Made by a program: the position numbers and the translations under genes
Part shown: piece by piece, positions 47,327 to 54,727 of the stretch
Layout: every line of letters starts with the position of its first letter
How positions within the stretch are numbered: position 1 is the stretch's first letter
Source of the DNA: Minisyncoccia bacterium
GTDB taxonomy: Bacteria; Patescibacteriota; Minisyncoccia; Phycocordibacterales; UBA918
Direction: 5' to 3'
DNA: 54,727 nucleotides
Assembly: GCA_041750655.1 (NCBI GenBank)
Contig: JBGSYZ010000010.1
Coordinates: forward strand, 1 to 54,727
The notes under the pieces: model-generated
The model's database searches: none
What the model was told of the DNA's origin: nothing
The model's input: only the letters and a program-made list of their open reading frames with translations

Positions 47327-48253
47327 TTACTTTGTTTTTAGGGTGACGTAAATGTCTTCTAACGCTCGCACTGCGTCTCCTGCAGAAATGTTGTTTTGGT
47401 GGTATTTAATATTGGTACAATCACCAGCCGCCCAAATACCCGGCACGTTCGTTTGTTGTGTCCAGGGATCAATTTTAATACGTTTGTATTCATCGGTTTC
47501 GACCACGCTAGCGGCAAAGTCTGTGCTTGGTATCATTCCGATTTCCACAAAAATACCGGTGACGTCTAGTGTGTGATGCTCGTCAGTTTTTCCATCTTTG
47601 TATGTGATTCCTGATACAAAATTATCACCATGAACTTCTATAGTAATAGCATCTAGGATGCCGGTCATGTTCTCGTGGGCTAATACCTTTTCCACAGTTA
47701 CAGGGTCTGCCTTGAATGTCGGACCGCGGTGGAGAAGCGTCACACTTTTAGCATACGCAAGAAGTTGGGCAGCTGTTTCAAAACCAGCGTTACCGCCACC
47801 GATTACCACTACATCCTGACCAGCAAACAAGGGACCGTCACACGTGGCGCAGTAGGTGAGACCTTTGTGTTCAAATTTTTTAGCTCCGGGTACCGCTAAT
47901 TTTCTGCGATCTGAGCCGGAGGCAATAAGAATTGTTTTAGTTTCAATTGGTTCACCTGAACTTTGATGGACCAGAAAACAACCATTCTTTTTCTCAATGT
48001 TAGTTACTGTTGAGTTCTCGCTAATATCAACGATTTGCCCTGAGTAGGCACGTAAATGTTCTTCAAGGTTTTTTGCTAAATCTGTTCCGCTAATAGAAGT
48101 TGTACCAATCCAGTTTTGGATAGCTGGCGAAACTTTACTTTGTCCGCCCCATTCTCCAGTAATAAGTAGAGTCGAAAGTTGTTTTCGTGAAGCGTAGACA
48201 CCTGCTGCGGTTCCAGCTGGTCCGCCGCCAATAATTACCAAATCGTACATCAT
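47327..48253 (-). CDS. Thioredoxin reductase / AhpF-like flavoprotein
   Basis: IIGGGPAG, YCATCDG, VIGGGNAG, AAGD. Confidence 0.93.
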   Translation of the reverse strand: MMYDLVIIGGGPAGTAAGVYASRKQLSTLLITGEWGGQSKVSPAIQNWIGTTSISGTDLAKNLEEHLRAYSGQIVDISENSTVTNIEKKNGCFLVHQSSGEPIETKTILIASGSDRRKLAVPGAKKFEHKGLTYCATCDGPLFAGQDVVVIGGGNAGFETAAQLLAYAKSVTLLHRGPTFKADPVTVEKVLAHENMTGILDAITIEVHGDNFVSGITYKDGKTDEHHTLDVTGIFVEIGMIPSTDFAASVVETDEYKRIKIDPWTQQTNVPGIWAAGDCTNIKYHQNNISAGDAVRALEDIYVTLKTK

Positions 48254-48301
48254 TAAATATAGTTACTGCGTAATGGAAAAAAGTATAGCATTTTATAATA
48301 C

Positions 48302-48329
48302 AAAAAACCTACTTCACAGTAGGTTTTTT
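48302..48329 (-). terminator. Terminator downstream of the displaced ftsZ end
   Basis: aaaaaacctac/gtaggtttttt. Confidence 0.7.
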
Positions 48330-48351
48330 AAAAATAAATTTTTGTTTCAAC

Positions 48352-48552
48352 TTACTTAAGCTTTGACCTTCTCAAGAAGGCCGGAACTGGCGCATATTAC
48401 TAAACTCATTACATTCGTTAAGTATGTGCTGCCCTCAAACAGTCCAGGGGACTGTTTGAGTTGAATGCAAAGACAAATACAAAAAATATTAAGGTAAATT
48501 TCTGGCGGGGGATAGCCACTCACATAGCTACGCCTCGCAGTTCCTTCAAAGC
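48352..48552 (-). mobile_element. Fold-back insertion at the ftsZ 3' end with a duplicated C-terminal coding segment
   Basis: Second copy of [11 protein letters not shown] at 48352-48387; inverted target cgcagttcc 48536-44; internal hairpins. Confidence 0.75.
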
Positions 48553-49779
48553 TTACTTTAGTTTCGACCTTCGAAGAAAGGCTGGAACTGCGCCCCAGTC
48601 ATCGTCATCCTCTTCATCGATTGGGTCAATTGGTTTTGGTTCTGGTTTTGTTATTTCTTTAGGTTTAGTGACCGATACCGGTGTTTCATTCGGTTCTTGG
48701 TCACGTTTAGACAGTGAATTAAAGATACGGCCACGAGTTTCAGCTTCGCCACTCGTGAGCACATTTTCTGTGACAGTGTCGCGAGATGAAGGTCTTACTA
48801 TTGAGTGGGAATGTTCGCTCTCCACTTCAGGGAAGCCAGTTGCAATAACGGTAATCTTAAGTTCGTTCTTCTTAAGCTTTTCGTCTTTGATAGCACCGAA
48901 GATCACCTTAGCGTGTGGATCAATAGACTCAGTAATCACCCGAGCTGCTTCTTGGATTTCAAGCATTCCCATATCGTCACCACCAGCAATAGCGAAGAGT
49001 ACGCCCTTGGCACCCGTGATAGAAACTTCCAAGAGTGGGGAATTGATAGCAGCTTGAGCTGCTTCTTCCGCTCGTTTATCGCCAGCTGAGATACCAATAC
49101 CCATAAGAGCTGAACCAGCGTTTTCCATAACAGAACGAATGTCAGCAAAGTCAACATTGATAATACCTGACATAGTGATGAGATCAGAAATTCCTTCAAC
49201 AGCCTGTTTCAGAATATCGTCACACATTGCGAAGGCATTTTGAATAGAAGTCTCACGGTCGACGATAGCAAGGAGTCTATCGTTGGGGATGGTGATAAGG
49301 GCATCCACTTCTTTTTTAAGAGCTTCGATACCCTGCATCGCCAGACGCATTCGCTCTTGTCCCTCGAAGAGGAACGGTTTGGTGACAACACCAACTGTCA
49401 GTGCCCCACTGTCTCGAGCAATTTTAGCTACCACTGGAGCAGCACCCGTACCTGTTCCACCACCCATTCCACAGGTGACAAAAATCATGTCTGAACCCTT
49501 GATAGAATTGGCTATTTCCTCGCGTGTTTCTTCAGCTGCTCGTTGACCAACTTGGGGGTTACCACCAGCCCCGAGACCACGAGTTAGATTCTTACCGATG
49601 TGGATTTTTTTCTTGGCAAGTGAGTGATGCAAATCTTGGGCGTCACTGTTAATAGCAATGAACTCGACACCTTTAATTTTGTTGCTAATCATGTGATTAA
49701 CAGCATTGTTTCCTGAACCTCCGACACCAGCAACTCGAATTCGAGCAAAAGACTCAACGTCTGATTTTATTTGTTCCAT
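48553..49779 (-). CDS. ftsZ: Cell division protein FtsZ
   Basis: [30 protein letters not shown]. Confidence 0.98.
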   Translation of the reverse strand: MEQIKSDVESFARIRVAGVGGSGNNAVNHMISNKIKGVEFIAINSDAQDLHHSLAKKKIHIGKNLTRGLGAGGNPQVGQRAAEETREEIANSIKGSDMIFVTCGMGGGTGTGAAPVVAKIARDSGALTVGVVTKPFLFEGQERMRLAMQGIEALKKEVDALITIPNDRLLAIVDRETSIQNAFAMCDDILKQAVEGISDLITMSGIINVDFADIRSVMENAGSALMGIGISAGDKRAEEAAQAAINSPLLEVSITGAKGVLFAIAGGDDMGMLEIQEAARVITESIDPHAKVIFGAIKDEKLKKNELKITVIATGFPEVESEHSHSIVRPSSRDTVTENVLTSGEAETRGRIFNSLSKRDQEPNETPVSVTKPKEITKPEPKPIDPIDEEDDDDWGAVPAFLRRSKLK

Positions 49780-49927
49780 AATACATTAAAATAATACCTC
49801 CTCGCGTCCCCACGCGGACTTCTAGTAAAGTGACTGTATCATACACTGCATAGAGTACAGTGTCACCATATTGACATATTTGAGAATCGTTTATTTGTAA
49901 AAAAGTGTTTTTACAGCAATTATAAAT

Positions 49928-51091
49928 TTATGGAAGAAATTGACTTACCCACTTCATGAAAGTACTTTTCGTTTGTTTACTAAAACCAATATGATGTTCA
50001 TCACCTTCACCACTGGAGCCCCATATGCAAAGTCCATACGCGACTGCCCAGGATGCATCCTTAACTTTTCCGTTTTGGCCTGGGTCGAGAGTAGCAATCC
50101 GAGAAGGCAGACGGAGTGTGGCGCGCGCTAAATCTTGGATAGTAGCAATCCCTGAACCACCACCAGTAATAATAATTCCGGCTGGCAAAAGCCCGTCTCG
50201 CTTTAGGGTTTTAAGGTGAGAATCTATTAATTCAAAAATATCTGTTAGTCGAGCCGACACAATTTCATCAAGTTTACGCTTTGAGTAATTACCACTTGAT
50301 AGACTGCCGCGCTTAATTTTTTCAGCTTCTTCTAGCGGAATCTTTAGACCAAGGGCAATGTCGTTAGTAATATCATTAGAACCGAGTGGGAAGACTTTTA
50401 TAGAAATTGGGTTACCATCTTCGAAAACAACAATTGAGACCGTTTCAGCACCAATATTAGCTAAAACACAACCAGCTCGTTTTTGGGCTTTGCTAGTCAT
50501 TACAAGGCTACCGGCTAATGGGGAGGCCATAATGTCTTCTACAATTAAACCAGTACTTTCAATTGCTGAAACCAAATCATTAAGGTGTTGTTCAAACGTT
50601 GTAATAAAAAGGGTTTCTACTTCCAGTTTGGTACCGCGCATCCCTTGGGGACGTCCCATTACTACTTCACCGTCGACTTTAAATGAGAGGGGAATTGAGT
50701 GAAGAATCTTGCGATTCGGAATAGTATCAATAATATGCTCCTCGCTATTTTGGATAACTTTATCGATATCGATTTGGGTAATCTCAGAATCAGCCCGTGA
50801 GGTAATAACTTCACCGTGTGACCGCATTTCATCCAGACCAATGCCGCCCATCGACATGTAGACTTTTTTAATTTGAGTGCCTGATGATTTCTCGGCTTGC
50901 ATAACAGCACTTCGGACACTGCGTATAACGTCACTGTCGTTAATAATATACCCATTGCGTAAACCGCGGCTTTCAGCAAAACCGGTACCAATTATTTGTG
51001 GCATGTTTTTCTTATCTTTGCTACGTTTAACAACCACCACTTTTACTTGGTAGGTTCCGACGTCTATTCCAACAACTGTTTCAGAACTCAT
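49928..51091 (-). CDS. ftsA: Cell division protein FtsA
   Basis: VGIDVGT, NIGAET, ITNDIA, ITGGGS; upstream of ftsZ. Confidence 0.95.
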   Translation of the reverse strand: MSSETVVGIDVGTYQVKVVVVKRSKDKKNMPQIIGTGFAESRGLRNGYIINDSDVIRSVRSAVMQAEKSSGTQIKKVYMSMGGIGLDEMRSHGEVITSRADSEITQIDIDKVIQNSEEHIIDTIPNRKILHSIPLSFKVDGEVVMGRPQGMRGTKLEVETLFITTFEQHLNDLVSAIESTGLIVEDIMASPLAGSLVMTSKAQKRAGCVLANIGAETVSIVVFEDGNPISIKVFPLGSNDITNDIALGLKIPLEEAEKIKRGSLSSGNYSKRKLDEIVSARLTDIFELIDSHLKTLKRDGLLPAGIIITGGGSGIATIQDLARATLRLPSRIATLDPGQNGKVKDASWAVAYGLCIWGSSGEGDEHHIGFSKQTKSTFMKWVSQFLP

Positions 51092-51127
51092 GGTTAACAA
51101 AATATAACACGTCTAGAGACGTAATAC

Positions 51128-51508
51128 TTACTGTAAGCCGTACTTTTGTGTGTATTTAGCTTCTTCCGCATCCATTGTAGCCCCGTGTGCCAAGCCTTTC
51201 AAATGAAGTAGTGCATGTATGTATAAAAAACCGATATAACCTCGGGGTGAGAAATTGTATTTTTTACATTCCGTCTTTGCTACCACTGGTGTAATAAAAA
51301 TTTCTCCATCTTTATCTGAAAGTGGGAAGGAGAGTACATTTGGCGTGTAATCTTTGTTGCGAAACTTTTTGTTAAGTTCTCGGGCTTTAGTTTTGCCAAT
51401 AAACACCAAAGAAAGACGATATCCTTTTCCCAGGATATCGTCTTTCATTTCCGAGTACGGAAGTTTTGGGTATGAACGAGCTGTGGCGCTGATAGCGACT
51501 TCACTCAT
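51128..51508 (-). CDS. ybeY: rRNA maturation endoribonuclease YbeY
   Basis: LNKKFRNKDY.PNVLSFP, HALLHLKG..H. Confidence 0.92.
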   Translation of the reverse strand: MSEVAISATARSYPKLPYSEMKDDILGKGYRLSLVFIGKTKARELNKKFRNKDYTPNVLSFPLSDKDGEIFITPVVAKTECKKYNFSPRGYIGFLYIHALLHLKGLAHGATMDAEEAKYTQKYGLQ

Positions 51509-51511
51509 AGG

Positions 51512-51754
51512 TTAACGGTTCCAGCGTCGATCTTGGATTTTTCCAAGCTTTACCAGTTCTTCATATTTCTCTTTCTTGTCTAGCTTTTTCAAACGAGCAA
51601 ATTTCTGAACGTTACGAGATTTGATTCGAGTCACATAACGAGAACCCCGAGCACGCTGGATGATACCAGAGCCCTGGACACGTTTAGTAAAGCGACGAAT
51701 AAGATTCGCTGTGCTTTCGTTATTATTTCGGTCTACTTCAACATTTTTAGCCAT
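51512..51754 (-). CDS. rpsU: 30S ribosomal protein bS21
   Basis: VEV..NNNES..NLIRRFTKRVQGSG, basic tail; start at ATG 51754. Confidence 0.8.
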   Translation of the reverse strand: MAKNVEVDRNNNESTANLIRRFTKRVQGSGIIQRARGSRYVTRIKSRNVQKFARLKKLDKKEKYEELVKLGKIQDRRWNR

Positions 51755-51814
51755 ATGTGGGAAAGAGCATACCACGCGACAGTGGCGCATGCAAGGTGTA
51801 TTTTATAGATAATA

Positions 51815-52990
51815 TTAGACTGAGACGGTTCGGCGCAACCGACTAGCGAGTTGGTTTTGAGGGACGTGTTCTTGACTTCTAGCTTCCATGTCACGAAGAA
51901 TAACTGTACCTTCCACGTATTCTTTTTGACCAATAATAATGGTATGGCGGACTTTTTTAGCTTCAGCATCTCGGAGCTGAGTAGAAAGTGAATCACACGC
52001 TAAATTCTGATGAACTTGAATACCAGCCTTACGTAACTCATCAATCATCAGTAAACTTCGTACCTTCGGGCCAAATCCTAATTGTACAATATAGACAGAT
52101 GGAACTGTACTGAGACTAGGGCGTGGAGTTCGGGCCGGAGCTTTCTTTTCTCGAAGAATCACTACTGCTCCTGCCGCCGGTATTTTGTTTTTGGTATTTC
52201 GATGTACGAACTCAGAATATCGTCCACCACGAATATAGATAGGTTGTGGATCAAGCAGTAATCCCTCTTCGTCAAATATATCAACTGCGAAAAGGGCATC
52301 AGTATAAATATTGTGGTGACCCATAAGTTTCGGATCTATTTCATAGGGAGTTTCACTCATGTCTAAGTACTCTACAATTTCTCGGAAATGCTTTCGGCTA
52401 TTATCACTAAGGTATTCAAGTGGGCTTGGGCTCTTCAGACCGAGTTCGTCACCCTTTTCTATTAGATGAGCGAGAGCTGTAAGGGTGTGCTCTTTCATGA
52501 GCTCTCGAGCTGACAGCGGCATATGATCAATTCTTTTTCTAAGATAGTTTGTTAGTTCTCGGACGTAACGAGTGACGGAGTCTGAGTCACCGAGCGAGTT
52601 AACACGTACACTATGGTTCTCGTACCCTACTTCAGTAAGGAGCGAGCGGACTGACTGAATTAAAATAGCTTCAGCAATACTTTTCTCAACTCCAAATACT
52701 TGGAGAGAAATAGCGGCATCTCCAGTACGAGGGACCTTTTCAGTGGTATAAAATAAACTCGGTCCTTCCTTCGCATTTAATCGAGCGTCGAAGTATGAAG
52801 TAAGACCGCCGGTGAGCATACCATGCATGTCATCCTTTTTTCGTTCAGCCGCTGAGTCGTTGTTTTCCATTCGTTCTTTGCATGCTCGACACTCAGGTGT
52901 TTTCTTTAATTCTTCTGGTGAGCGAAATCCAAAAAATTCCGCCGTATCGACTGCTGTCTTTAGAAAATCTGTGGCGTTGATTGGTGACAT
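51815..52990 (-). CDS. Degenerate histidyl-tRNA synthetase-like protein
   Basis: VNSLGD, GGRY and a HisRS-type anticodon-binding domain present; motif 2 FRYERPQ absent. Confidence 0.8.
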   Translation of the reverse strand: MSPINATDFLKTAVDTAEFFGFRSPEELKKTPECRACKERMENNDSAAERKKDDMHGMLTGGLTSYFDARLNAKEGPSLFYTTEKVPRTGDAAISLQVFGVEKSIAEAILIQSVRSLLTEVGYENHSVRVNSLGDSDSVTRYVRELTNYLRKRIDHMPLSARELMKEHTLTALAHLIEKGDELGLKSPSPLEYLSDNSRKHFREIVEYLDMSETPYEIDPKLMGHHNIYTDALFAVDIFDEEGLLLDPQPIYIRGGRYSEFVHRNTKNKIPAAGAVVILREKKAPARTPRPSLSTVPSVYIVQLGFGPKVRSLLMIDELRKAGIQVHQNLACDSLSTQLRDAEAKKVRHTIIIGQKEYVEGTVILRDMEARSQEHVPQNQLASRLRRTVSV

Positions 52991-53004
52991 ATTATTTTGA
53001 GAAC

Positions 53005-53667
53005 TTAAGAACTAATATCTTGTAAAGAAGCGTCACTATTAAACATTCCCGGCATAACTCCCGCTGCTCCTAACGGGAACAGACGCAAGAGCGCCCGGCC
53101 GACAATATTCTTTTCCGGTAAAATTCCCCACATACGAGAATCAGAACTTTGATCACGGTTGTCTCCCATTACAAAATATTCTCCTTCTCCCAGATCTTCC
53201 TCGAGGAACGTGTTTGGCTGCATAGAAGCGATGTATGGTTCAGACAAAACCGCCCCTTCCGGGTGAGAGCCGTTAGTAATAGTGACTGTATTACCCTCAA
53301 TAGCGATTTTTTCACCTGGTAGACCAATAACGCGCTTAATAAAGAATTTTGAAGGGTCACGAGGGTAGCGGAAAATGATTACATCACCACGATTAGGCTC
53401 CTCAAAACGGTAGGAAATTTGGTCTACAATGAGATATTCTCCATTATGAAAAGTCTCCATCATTGAAGCACCAGATACGATAAATGGTTGAGCGATAAAC
53501 ATCCTAATAGGGAAAACAATCAAGAGCGCTATGAGTGAGAAGCGGATAATTTCTGTCAGAGGGTGTTCTTTCTTTTCTTTTGGAGTGTGTGAGTTTGATG
53601 AAACCCTATCAGCCGCAGTATCAACTACTGTGTCGGACATATCATTAACATCTGGAGTAAGGCTCAT
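53005..53667 (-). CDS. lepB: Signal peptidase I
   Basis: VSGASM, RGDVIIF, FIKRVIGLPGE, GDNRDQSSDSR. Confidence 0.96.
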   Translation of the reverse strand: MSLTPDVNDMSDTVVDTAADRVSSNSHTPKEKKEHPLTEIIRFSLIALLIVFPIRMFIAQPFIVSGASMMETFHNGEYLIVDQISYRFEEPNRGDVIIFRYPRDPSKFFIKRVIGLPGEKIAIEGNTVTITNGSHPEGAVLSEPYIASMQPNTFLEEDLGEGEYFVMGDNRDQSSDSRMWGILPEKNIVGRALLRLFPLGAAGVMPGMFNSDASLQDISS

Positions 53668-53736
53668 ACGAATTTACAAGTATTATAATCGTGAAAAAGG
53701 TCTGAGGCAAGTTTTTACTATTATCGCTACAAATTT

Positions 53737-53960
53737 GTGACTGCAATGCAATCAATAATTTTTTTCACGATTTCGCCACAGACATTAATTTAAAAGTTTA
53801 AGTGTGTCTGCTGCTGCAAATGTTCAAAAATCAATGGTTGCACTGCAGTCACCAACAGTATTTTGATGTAGTAGAGACGTCATTAATACTTTTTAAAAAC
53901 ATCTGCAGACCTATAGGTCGAAGTCGTTTGAGAAAAGTGTTAATGACAACGCTACCACTG
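53737..53960. repeat. Cluster of long imperfect hairpins between lepB and pth
   Basis: gtgactgcaatgcaatca/tggttgcactgcagtcac and gtcattaatactttt/aaaagtgttaatgac. Confidence 0.6.
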
Positions 53961-53988
53961 TATTACATAGGCGTGTAAACTATGGGTT

Positions 53989-54122
53989 ATGCGCTATATA
54001 GTAGGACTCGGTAACCCGGGAGAGAAACAAGTAATAGGGAGCGCAAGCGACCATATTCTTGTTTCCGTCCGAATTTTCTCCTTTCCTAGAGAAAATTCCT
54101 GGACGTTGTTAAAATACATACC
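53989..54122 (+). mobile_element. Duplicated pth 5' end followed by a two-hairpin insertion
   Basis: 53989-54027 (MRYIVGLGNPGEK) matches 54123-54161 at 35/39. Confidence 0.7.
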
Positions 54123-54548
54123 ATGCATTACATAGTAGGACTCGGTAATCCGGGAGAGAAATACAAAAACACCCGACACAATATCGGTTGGACAGTTTTG
54201 GATTATTTTATTGAAAACGAAGGATTACCTGGTTTGGTAGATTCAGCTAAGTACGCAGGTAGTATGTCGACTGGTGTGGTTAATGGTCAAGAAGTGACGA
54301 TTTTATATCCTAACACCTTTATGAATAAGTCTGGTTCGGCAGTGCGTAAACTGGTGCCTAAGGAAGAGGCAGAAAAATTAGTAGTGGTCTATGACGATGT
54401 TGATTTGCCGGTTGGTGATATAAAAGTCTCTGTTGGGAGAGGGGCAGGGGGTCATAACGGCGTAGCCTCTATTATTGAATCTTTAGGAAGTAAAGATTTT
54501 GTGCGCGTGCGAGTTGGGATTGCTCCAGTGAGTTTTTGGACCGGGAAA
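54123..54548 (+). CDS. pth: Peptidyl-tRNA hydrolase, 3' end lost at a sequence junction
   Basis: IVGLGNPG..Y..TRHNIG, TFMNKSG, DDVDLP, GGHNG, RVRVGI. Confidence 0.93.
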
Positions 54549-54727
54549 GCGGGGCGGCCTCTTACGACGCGGCGGTGCAGAACCTGAGGGCCGGCGAGCT
54601 GGTCGGTGTCTACCCCGAGGCGACGATCAGCCGCAGTTTCGAGATCAAGGAATTCAAATCGGGAGCGGCCCGGATGGCCGTCGAGGCGGGAGTGCCGATC
54701 GTCCCGCACATTGTCTGGGGTGCTCAG
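54539..54727 (+). other. High-GC lysophospholipid acyltransferase (PlsC family) fragment, actinobacterial-like
   Basis: Reads DRESGAASYDAAVQNLRAGELVGVYPEATISRSFEIKEFKSGAARMAVEAGVPIVPHIVWGAQ; abrupt GC jump. Confidence 0.85.

Noticed and set aside
48461-49546. Long + strand ORFs antisense to ftsZ (and similar shadows over typA, valS, GH3)
   Set aside because: Antisense shadows of well-supported genes with no recognisable motifs.
1-54727. Alternative genetic code (UGA=Gly, as in Gracilibacteria/SR1)
   Set aside because: Long conserved genes are open under code 11, and TGA serves as a stop (e.g. 11312-11314).

Overview
This is a low-GC bacterial window whose gene content points to Patescibacteria/CPR (Parcubacteria-like). 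That placement is an inference from mostly CCA-less tRNAs, few Shine-Dalgarno sites, a short ValS and CPR-type surface proteins; the genetic code is standard code 11. From left to right it holds: a large serine recombinase gene running off the left edge (missing from the ORF track); an ECF sigma/anti-sigma plus MacAB-like exporter operon; an array of small co-oriented stress genes; a GH3 glucosidase, typA, rnpB, murJ and lepA; tRNA-Arg, -Phe, -Val and -Glu; valS, tsaD, a trxB-like gene, ftsZ/ftsA, ybeY, rpsU, a degenerate HisRS paralog, lepB and pth. The last ~190 bp are a high-GC actinobacterial-type acyltransferase fragment, probably an assembly chimera. The main discovery candidate is the recombinase gene, whose whole coding sequence is built from about 20 nested, mostly perfect inverted repeats of 8-17 bp, so a single strand can fold into one large branched structure. 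Small non-coding fold-back elements sit at tRNA-Phe, tRNA-Glu, a tRNA-Arg relic and the ftsZ 3' end, sharing one layout (target, inverted target copy, hairpins often with GNA/GCGAAGC-type loops, direct target copy). A related insertion sits at the pth 5' end. At ftsZ and pth the gene end is duplicated and recoded. Together these suggest a possibly undescribed ssDNA fold-back mobile element family with autonomous and non-autonomous members. The mechanism is inferred, not shown.
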